Positions 53,101 through 64,000 of a DNA stretch of 64,000 bases are shown in pieces. This stretch comes from Lingula anatina (taxonomy: Eukaryota; Animalia; Brachiopoda), in contig CM120642.1 in the NCBI GenBank assembly GCA_051362555.1, positions 21,948,001 through 22,012,000 of the forward strand, in the 5' to 3' direction. The notes beneath the pieces are model-generated. The model searched no databases. It was given only the letters and a program-made list of their open reading frames with translations, and was not told the DNA's origin. Position numbers and translations under genes: made by a program. The stretch's first letter is position 1. Each line of letters opens with the position of its first letter.

Positions 53101-56100
53101 TGTTCATTTTCATTACAATGCATGTTACTGTTATAACAGTTACTTTGTTACTTTATATGGTTGTGTTGTCACTGTACATGTCAACTTATTCTGTTCACTG
53201 TGTATGTCTGTATTGTGACTGTGTTTGTTTGTATTTATTTTGATTACTGTGCATGATTGTCTTGTCACTGTTTGTGTTTGTATTTATCATGATCACTGTT
53301 TATGTTTGCGTCGTTACTGTTGATGTTTGTATTTATTGTCAACACTGTTTCCATGCTGTACTGTCATTGTATGTTTTTGTATATATATTGTGATCACTGT
53401 GTATGTCTTTGTTTTCACCCCATCACTGATCATTGTGTATGACTGTGCTATCACCTAATTAATTAGTGTTCATTCTGGTTACTGTGCATGGTTGTGTTGT
53501 CACTATACATGTCAAAATTTATTCTGATCACTGTGTATGTCTGTATTGTGACTGTGTTTGTTTGTATTTATTCACATTACTGTTCACATTTGTGTTGTCA
53601 CTGTTCGTGTTTCTATTTATTGTGAGCAATGTGTATGTCTGTTTTGTCAATGTATTTGTTTGTAATCATTTCTATTACTCTGCATGATGGTACTGTCACT
53701 GTATGTGTATGTGTCTCTTTATATTCTGTTCTCTGTGTCTATTCTGTATTGTCACTGTATGTGTTTCCATGTATTGTGATCACTGTGTACGGCTATGTTT
53801 TCACTCTTTTTTCCTTTTGCTCATTTTCATTACGAAGCATGTTACTGTTATAACTGTGCATGTTAATATTTATTTTGATCACTGTTCATGTTTGTGTCAT
53901 TACTGTTGGTGTTTCTATTGTGAGCAATGTTTATGTCAGTTTTTACTCTCTATATGTTTCTTTATCATTATTATAACTGTTCATGTTTGTGTTGTTGCTG
54001 TAAGCATAGTTTGTGTCTTTTTATGTTCCAATTGCTGTTTCCATTCTCTATTGTCATTATATGTGTTTGTATATGTATTGTGATCACTGTGTATGTCTGT
54101 GTTTTCACCCTATCACTGATCACTGTGCATGACTGTGCTATCACCTAATTATATAATTAGTGTTCATTCTGGTTACTGTGCATGGTTGCGTTGTCACTGT
54201 ACATGTCAAAATTTATTCTGATCACTGTGTATGTCTGTATTGTGACTGTGTTTGTTTGTATTTATTAACATTACTGTTCATGTTTGTGTCATTACTGTTG
54301 GTGTTTTTATTTATTGTTAGTAATGTGTATGTCAGTTTTGTCTTTAAATTACTACTGCGCTGAATGATGGTGTTTTCAATGTATGACTATGTTTCTGTTT
54401 ATATTCTGTTTGCTGTGTCTATTCACTATTGCTACTGAATGTGTTTGTATATATTGTGGTTACTGTGTATGGCTATGTTTCCACCCTTTTTCCTTGTGTT
54501 TATTCTAATTACAGTGCACATTACTATTATCAATGTACATGTTTATATTAATTTTGACCACTGTGTATGTTTGTGTTGTTACTGTTTGTGTCTACACATT
54601 ATTCTGATCACTATGAAAGTCTGTTTGTCCTTCTATTTGTTTGTAATAATTATCATTACTGTGCCTGTTAATGTTATCACTGTTTGTGTTTGTATTTATT
54701 GTGATCACTGTATGTGTTTGCATAGTTACTGTTTATGTTTGTATTTATTGTGAACACTGTTTCTATTCTGTACTGTCATTGTACATGTTTGTATATATAT
54801 TGTGATCACTGTGTATATCTCTGTTTTTCACTCCATCACTGATCACTTTGTATTACTGTGTATTACTGTGTAATCATCCAATTAATTTGTGTTTATTCTG
54901 ATTACTATACATGGTTGCGTTGTCACTGTACATGTCAAAATTTATTCTGAACACTGTGTATGTCTGTATTGTGACTGTGTTTGTTTGTATTTATTTACAT
55001 TACTGCTCTCGTTTGTGTTGTCACTGTTCGTGTTTGTATTTATTGTGAGCAATGTGCATGTCTGTTTTGTCAATGTATTTGTTTGTAATCATTACTATTA
55101 CTCTGCATGATAGTACTGTCACTGTATGTCTGTGTGTCTGTTTATATTCTTGTGTTCATTTTCATTACTGTGGAAGTTACTTTTATCACTTTTACTGTTA
55201 ATATTTATTTTGTTCACTATGCTTGTTACTGTTATAACAGCTACTTGGTTACTTTACATGGTTGTGTAGTCACTGTACATGTCAGCTTATTCTGTTCATT
55301 GTGTATGTCTGTGTTTTCACCCCATCACTATCACTGTGTATGACTGTGCTATCACCTAATTATATATGTGTTTATTCTGGTTACTGTGCATGGTTGTGTT
55401 GTCACTGTACATGTCAAAATTTATTCTGATCACTGTGTATGTCTGTATTGTGACTGTGTTTGTTTGTATTTATTTACATTACTGTTCATGTTTGTGTCAT
55501 TACTGTTGGTGTTTGTATTTATTGTTAGCAATGCTTATGTCAGTTTTGTCACTCTCTTTGTTTTGTCACTCTCTTGTGTTTATTCTAATTACAGTGCACA
55601 TTACTATTATCAATGTACATGTTTATATTCATTTTGATCACTGTGTATGTTTGCGTTGTTACTGTTTGTGTCTGCATATAATTCTGATCACTGTGTAAGT
55701 CTGTTTGTTTTTCTATTTGTTTGTAATCATTATCATTGCTGTTCATGTTTGTGTTGTCATTGTTTGGGTTTGTTTTTATTGCGATCACTGTGTATGTTTG
55801 TGTCATTATTGTTGGTGTTTGTATTTATTATTAGCAATGTGTATGTCAGTTTTGTCCCTCTATTTGTTTATTATTATAACTATAGCACTGAATGCTGAGT
55901 GTTGTCAATGTATGTCTATGTGTCTATTTATATTCTTTTTTCTGTGTCTATTCTGTATTGATACTAAATGTGTTTGTGTATATTGTGATGATTGTGTACA
56001 GCTATGTTTGCACTCTTTTCCCTTGTGTTCATTGTCATATCAGTTCACATTACTGTTATCACTGTTCATGTATATATTTATTTTGATCAAAGTGTATGTT

Positions 56101-59100
56101 TGTGTTGTTATTGTTTGTGTCTGCACATAATTCTGATCACTGTGAAAGTCTATTTGTCCTTCTGTTTGTTTGTAATAAATATCATTACTGTGCATGTTAA
56201 TGTTGTCACTGTTTGTGTTTGTATTTATCGTGATCACTGTATGTGTTTGCGTCATTACTATTGATGTTTGTATTTATTGTGAACACTATTTCCATTCTGT
56301 ACTGTTCGTGTTTGTATATATATTGTGATCACTGTGTATGTCTCTGTTTTCACTCCATCACTGATCACTGTGTATTACTGTGTAATCATCCAATTAATTT
56401 GTGTTCATTCTGATTACTCTACATGGTTGTGTTGTCACTGTACATGTCAAAATTCATTCTGATCACTGTGTATGTCTGTATTGTGACTGTGTTTGTTTGT
56501 ATTTATTTACATTAATGTTCATGTTTGTGTTGGCACTGGTCATTTTTGTATTTATTGTGAGCATTATGTACGTCTATTTTGTCAGTGTATTTGTTTGTAA
56601 TCATTACTATTACTCTGCATGATAGTACTGTCACTGTATGTCTATGTGTCTGTTTATATTCTGTTCTCTGTGTCTATTCTGTATTGTCACTGTATGTGTT
56701 TCCATGTATTGTGATCACTGTGTATGGCTATGTTTTCACTCTTTTTCCTTGTGGTCATTTTCATTACGATGCATGTTACTGTTATAACTGTACATGTTAA
56801 TATTTATTTTGATCACTGTACCTGTTTGTGTCATTACTGTTGGTGTTTGTATTTATTGAGAGCAATGTTTATGTCAGTTTTTTCTCTCTATATGTTTTTA
56901 ATCATTATTATAACTGTTCATGTTTGTGTTGTTGCTGCAAGCATAGATTGTGGCTGTTTATATTCCGATTGCTGTTTCCATTTTCTATTGTCATGTGTGT
57001 ATGTCTGTATTGTGACTGTGTTTGTTTGTATTTATTTACATTACTGTTCATGTTTGTGTCATTACTGTTGGTGTTTGTATTAATTGTTAGCAATGCTTAT
57101 GTCAGTTTTGTCCCTCTTTTTGTTTATTATTATAACTATAGCACTCAATGCTGAGTGTTGTCAATGTATGTCTATGTGTCTATTTATATTCTTTTTCTGT
57201 GTCTATTCTGTATTGATACTAAATGTGTTTGTGTATATTGTGATGACTGTGTACGGCTATGTTTGCACTCTTTTCCCTTGTGTTCATTGTCATAACAGTG
57301 CACATTACTGTTATCATTGTCCATGTGAATATTTATTAAGATCAATGTGTATGTTTGTGTTGTTACTGTTTGTGTCTGCACATAATTCTGATCACTGTGA
57401 AAGTCTATTTGTCCTTCTGTTTGTTTGTAATAATTCTCATTACTGTGCATGATAATGATGTCACTGTTTGTGTTTGTATTTATTGTGATCACTGTGTGTG
57501 TTTGCGTAGGTACTGTTGTTGTTTGTATTTATTGTGAACACTGTTTCTATTCAGTGCTGTCATTGTACGTGTTTGTATATATATTGTGATCACTCCATCC
57601 TTGTGTTCATTTTCATTACAATGCATGTTACTGTTATAACAGTTACTTTGTTACTTTATATGGTTGTGTTGTCACTGTACATGTCAACTTATTCTGTTCA
57701 CTGTGTATGTCTGTATTGTGACTGTGTTTGTTTGTATTTATTTTGATTACTGTGCATGATTGTCTTGTCACTGTTTGTGTTTGTATTTATCATGATCACT
57801 GTTTATGTTTGCGTCGTTACTGTTGATGTTTGTATTTATTGTCAACACTGTTTCCATGCTGTACTGTCATTGTATGTTTTTGTATATATATTGTGATCAC
57901 TGTGTATGTCTTTGTTTTCACCCCATCACTGATCATTGTGTATGACTGTGCTATCACCTAATTAATTAGTGTTCATTCTGGTTACTGTGCATGGTTGTGT
58001 TGTCACTATACATGTCAAAATTTATTCTGATCACTGTGTATGTCTGTATTGTGACTGTGTTTGTTTGTATTTATTTACATTACTGTTCACATTTGTGTTG
58101 TCACTGTTCGTGTTTCTATTTATTGTGAGCAATGTGTATGTCTGTTTTGTCAATGTATTTGTTTGTAATCATTTCTATTACTCTGCATGATGGTACTGTC
58201 ACTGTATGTGTATGTGTCTCTTTATATTCTGTTCTCTGTGTCTATTCTGTATTGTCACTGTATGTGTTTCCATGTATTGTGATCACTGTGTACGGCTATG
58301 TTTTCACTCTTTTTTCCTTTTGCTCATTTTCATTACGAAGCATGTTACTGTTATAACTGTGCATGTTAATATTTATTTTGATCACTGTTCATGTTTGTGT
58401 CATTACTGTTGGTGTTTCTATTGTGAGCAATGTTTATGTCAGTTTTTACTCTCTATATGTTTCTTTATCATTATTATAACTGTTCATGTTTGTGTTGTTG
58501 CTGTAAGCATAGTTTGTGTCTTTTTATGTTCCAATTGCTGTTTCCATTCTCTATTGTCATTATATGTGTTTGTATATGTATTGTGATCACTGTGTATGTC
58601 TGTGTTTTCACCCTATCACTGATCACTGTGCATGACTGTGCTATCACCTAATTATATAATTAGTGTTCATTCTGGTTACTGTGCATGGTTGCGTTGTCAC
58701 TGTACATGTCAAAATTTATTCTGATCACTGTGTATGTCTGTATTGTGACTGTGTTTGTTTGTATTTATTAACATTACTGTTCATGTTTGTGTCATTACTG
58801 TTGGTGTTTTTATTTATTGTTAGTAATGTGTATGTCAGTTTTGTCTTTAAATTACTACTGCGCTGAATGATGGTGTTTTCAATGTATGACTATGTTTCTG
58901 TTTATATTCTGTTTGCTGTGTCTATTCACTATTGCTACTGAATGTGTTTGTATATATTGTGGTTACTGTGTATGGCTATGTTTCCACCATTTTTCCTTGT
59001 GTTTATTCTAATTACAGTGCACATTACTATTATCAATGTACATGTTTATATTAATTTTGACCACTGTGTATGTTTGTGTTGTTACTGTTTGTGTCTACAC

Positions 59101-62100
59101 ATTATTCTGATCACTATGAAAGTCTGTTTGTCCTTCTATTTGTTTGTAATAATTATCATTACTGTGCCTGTTAATGTTATCACTGTTTGTGTTTGTATTT
59201 ATTGTGATCACTGTATGTGTTTGCATAGTTACTGTTTATGTTTGTATTTATTGTGAACACTGTTTCTATTCTGTACTGTCATTGTACATGTTTGTATATA
59301 TATTGTGATCACTGTGTATATCTCTGTTTTTCACTCCATCACTGATCACTGTGTATTACTGTGTATTACTGTGTAATCATCCAATTAATTTGTGTTTATT
59401 CTGATTACTATACATGGTTGCGTTGTCACTGTACATGTCAAAATTTATTCTGAACACTGTGTATGTCTGTATTGTGACTGTGTTTGTTTGTATTTATTTA
59501 CATTACTGCTCTCGTTTGTGTTGTCACTGTTCGTGTTTGTATTTATTGTGAGCAATGTGCATGTCTGTTTTGTCAATGTATTTGTTTGTAATCATTACTA
59601 TTACTCTGCATTATAGTACTGTCACTGTATGTCTGTGTGTCTGTTTATATTCTTGTGTTCATTTTCATTACTGTGGAAGTTACTTTTATCACTTTTACTG
59701 TTAATATTTATTTTGTTCACTATGCTTGTTACTGTTATAACAGCTACTTGGTTACTTTACATGGTTGTGTAGTCACTGTACATGTCAGCTTATTCTGTTC
59801 ATTGTGTATGTCTGTGTTTTCACCCCATCACTATCACTGTGTATGACTGTGCTATCACCTAATTATATATGTGTTTATTCTGGTTACTGTGCATGGTTGT
59901 GTTGTCACTGTACATGTCAAAATTTATTCTGATCACTGTGTATGTCTGTATTGTGACTGTGTTTGTTTGTATTTATTTACATTACTGTTCATGTTTGTGT
60001 CATTACTGTTGGTGTTTGTATTTATTGTTAGCAATGCTTATGTCAGTTTTGTCACTCTCTTTGTTTTGTCACTCTCTTGTGTTTATTCTAATTACAGTGC
60101 ACATTACTATTATCAATGTACATGTTTATATTCATTTTGATCACTGTGTATGTTTGCGTTGTTACTGTTTGTGTCTGCATATAATTCTGATCACTGTGTA
60201 AGTCTGTTTGTTTTTCTATTTGTTTGTAATCATTATCATTGCTGTTCATGTTTGTGTTGTCATTGTTTGGGTTTGTTTTTATTGCGATCACTGTGTATGT
60301 TTGTGTCATTATTGTTGGTGTTTGTATTTATTATTAGCAATGTGTATGTCAGTTTTGTCCCTCTATTTGTTTATTATTATAACTATAGCACTGAATGCTG
60401 AGTGTTGTCAATGTATGTCTATGTGTCTATTTATATTCTTTTTTCTGTGTCTATTCTGTATTGATACTAAATGTGTTTGTGTATATTGTGATGATTGTGT
60501 ACAGCTATGTTTGCACTCTTTTCCCTTGTGTTCATTGTCATATCAGTTCACATTACTGTTATCAATGTTCATGTATATATTTATTTTGATCAAAGTGTAT
60601 GTTTGTGTTGTTATTGTTTGTGTCTGCACATAATTCTGATCACTGTGAAAGTCTATTTGTCCTTCTGTTTGTTTGTAATAAATATCATTACTGTGCATGT
60701 TAATGTTGTCACTGTTTGTGTTTGTATTTATCGTGATCACTGTATGTGTTTGCGTCATTACTATTAATGTTTGTATTTATTGTGAACACTATTTCCATTC
60801 TGTACTGTTCGTGTTTGTATATATATTGTGATCACTGTGTATGTCTCTGTTTTCACTCCATCACTGATCACTGTGTATTACTGTGTAATCATCCAATTAA
60901 TTTGTGTTCATTCTGATTACTCTACATGGTTGTGTTGTCACTGTACATGTCAAAATTTATTCTGATCACTGTGAAAGTCTATTTGTCCTTCTGTTTGTTT
61001 GTAATAAATATCATTACTGTGCCTGTTAATGTTATCACTGTTTGTGTTTGTATTTATTGTGATCACTGTATGTGTTTGCATAGTTACTGTTTATGTTTGT
61101 ATTTATTGTGAACACTGTTTCTATTCTGTACTGTCATTGTACATGTTTGTATATATATTGTGATCACTGTGTATATCTCTGTTTTTCACTCCATCACTGA
61201 TCACTGTGTATTACTGTGTATTACTGTGTAATCATCCAATTAATTTGTGTTTATTCTGATTACTATACATGGTTGCATTGTCACTGTACATGTCAAAATT
61301 TATTCTGATCACTGTGTATGTCTGTATTGGGACTGTGTTTGTTTGTATTTATTTACATTACTGCTCTCGTTTGTGTTGTCACTGTTCGTGTTTGTATTTA
61401 TTGTGAGCAATGTGCATGTCTGTTTTGTCAATGTATTTGTTTGTAATCATTACTATTACTCTGCATGATAGTACTGTCACTGTATGTCTGTGTGTCTGTT
61501 TATATTCTTGTGTTCATTTTCATTACTGTGGAAGTTACTTTTATCACTTTTACTGTTAATATTTATTTTGTTCACTATGCTTGTTACTGTTATAACAGCT
61601 ACTTGGTTACTTTACATGGTTGTGTTGTCACTGTACATGTCAGCTTATTCTGTTCACTGTGTATGTCTGTGTTTTCACCCCATCACTATCACTGTGTATG
61701 ATTCTGCTATCACCTAATTATATATGTGTTTATTCTGGTTACTGTGCATGGTTGTGTTGTCACTGTACATGTCAAAATTTATTCTGATCACTGTGTATGT
61801 CTGTATTGTGACTCTGTTTGTTTGTATTTATTTACATTACTGTTCATGTTTGTGTCATTACTGTTGGTGTTTGTATTTATTGTTAGCAATGCTTATGTCA
61901 GTTTTGTCACTCTCTTTGTTTGTAAACATTACTATTGCTCTGAATGATGGTATTGTCAATGTATGACTATGTGTCTGTTTATATTCTGTTTGCTATGTCT
62001 ATTCACTATTGCTACTGAGTGTGTTTGTATATATTGTGATGACTGTGTACGCATATGTTTCCACTCTTTTTCCTTGTGTTTATTCTAATTACAGTGCACA

Positions 62101-64000
62101 TTACTATTATCAATGTACATGTTTATATTCATTTTAATCACTGTGTATGTTTGCGTTGTTACTGTTTGTGTCTGCATATATTTCTGATCACTGTGTAAGT
62201 CTGTTTGTTTTTCTATTTGTTTGTAATCATTGTCATTGCTGTTCATGTTTGTGTTGTCATTGTTTTGGTTTGTTTTTATTGGGATCACTGTGTATGTTTG
62301 TGTCATTATTGTTGGTGTTTGTATTTATTATTAGCAATGTGTATGTCAGTTTTGTCCCTCTATTTGTTTATTATTATAACTATAGCACTGAATGCTGAGT
62401 GTTGTCAATGTATGTCTATGTGTCTATTTATATTCTTTTTTCTGTGTCTATTCTGTATTGATACTAAATGTGTTTGTGTATATTGTGATGACTGTGTACG
62501 GCTATGTTTGCACTCTTTTCCCTTGTGTTCATTGTCATAACAGTGCACGTTACTGTTATCACTGTCCATGTATATATTTATTTTGATCAAAGTGTATGTT
62601 TGTGTTGTTATTGTTTGTGTCTGCACATAATTCTGATCACTGTGAAAGTCTATTTGTCCTTCTGTTTGTTTGTAATAAATATCATTACTGTGCATGTTAA
62701 TGTTGTCACTGTTTGTGTTTGTATTTATCGTGATCACTGTATGTGTTTGCGTCATTACTATTAATGTTTGTATTTATTGTGAACACTATTTCCATTCTGT
62801 ACTGTTCGTGTTTGTATATATATTGTGATCACTGTGTATGTCTCTGTTTTCACTCCATCACTGATCACTGTGTATTACTGTGTAATCATCCAATTAATTT
62901 GTGTTCATTCTGATTACTCTACATGGTTGTGTTGTCACTGTACATGTCAAAATTCATTCTGATCACTGTGTATGTCTGTATTGTGACTGTGTTTGTTTGT
63001 ATTTATTTACATTAATGTTCATGTTTGTGTTGGCACTGGTCATTTTTGTATTTATTGTGAGCATTATGTACGTCTATTTTGTCAGTGTATTTGTTTGTAA
63101 TCATTACTATTACTCTGCATGATAGTACTGTCACTGTATGTCTATGTGTCTGTTTATATTCTGTTCTCTGAGTCTATTCTGTATTGTCACTGTATGTGTT
63201 TCCATGTATTGTGATCACTGTGTATGGCTATGTTTTCACTCTTTTTCCTTGTGTTCATTTTCATTACGATGCATGTTACTGTTATAACTGTACATGTTAA
63301 TATTTATTTTGATCACTGTACCTGTTTGTGTCATTACTGTTGGTGTTTGTATTTATTGAGAGCAATGTTTATGTCAGTTTTTTCTCTCTATATGTTTTTA
63401 ATCATTATTATAACTGTTCATGTTTGTGTTGTTGCTGCAAGCATAGATTGTGGCTGTTTATATTCCGATTGCTGTTTCCATTTTCTATTGTCATGTGTGT
63501 ATGTCTGTATTGTGACCGTGTTTGTTTGTATTTATTTACATTACTGTTCATGTTTGTGTCATTACTGTTGGTGTTTGTATTAATTGTTAGCAATGCTTAT
63601 GTCAGTTTTGTCCCTCTTTTTGTTTATTATTATAACTATAGCACTGAATGCTGAGTGTTGTCAAGGTATGTCTATGTGTCTCTTTATATTCTTTTTCTGT
63701 GTCTATTCTGTATTGATACTAAATGTGTTTGTGTATATTGTGATGACTGTGTACGGCTATGTTTGCACTCTTTTCCCTTGTGTTCATTGTCATAACAGTG
63801 CACATTACTGTTATCATTGTCCATGTGAATATTTATTAAGATCAATGTGTATGTTTGTGTTGTTACTGTTTGTGTCTGCACATAATTCTGATCACTGTGA
63901 AAGTCTATTTGTCCTTCTGTTTGTTTGTAATAATTCTCATTACTGTGCATGATAATGATGTCACTGTTTGTGTTTGTATTTATTGTGATCCATGTATGTG

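Larger units (their letters stand above)
37030..64000 (+). repeat. Complex TG-rich satellite array with higher-order repeats, running off the end of the window
   Basis: Degenerate ~25/50-bp motifs (GATCACTGTGTATGT, GTCACTGT, TGTATTTATTGTGA). Identical ORFs recur at offsets of 2941 and 7444 bp. Confidence 0.97.

Noticed and set aside
37318-63952. Dozens of Cys/Val/Leu-rich ORFs with CxxC-like patterns, suggesting a metallothionein, toxin or membrane-peptide array
   Set aside because: They occur in overlapping frames, follow directly from TGT/GTG/TTG-rich repeat composition, stop frequently and show no gene structure.

Overview
AT-rich, intron-containing animal DNA; the transposon repertoire suggests a mollusc-like invertebrate, which is my inference. 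No intact protein-coding gene is supported. Bases 1-37 kb hold a + strand, intron-containing remnant of UDP-glucose:glycoprotein glucosyltransferase (UGGT). It has 11 recognisable exons or exon pieces, ends in an RDEL ER-retrieval signal, and is disabled by 4 premature stops, a frameshift and at least three losses of exon blocks. Its introns are filled with nested non-autonomous DNA transposons: piggyBac-like, Helentron/HINE-like, Spy-like, Kolobok-like, Academ-like foldback, a TA-flanked element and small MITEs. There is also an apparently identical inverted copy of part of a UGGT exon joined to a decayed minus-strand gene. From about 37 kb to the end lies a strand-asymmetric TG-rich satellite with nested higher-order repeats (2,941 bp inside 7,444 bp). 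The many Cys/Val-rich ORFs there are artefacts of the repeat. All homology calls are from recall of protein and transposon families, not from database searches.
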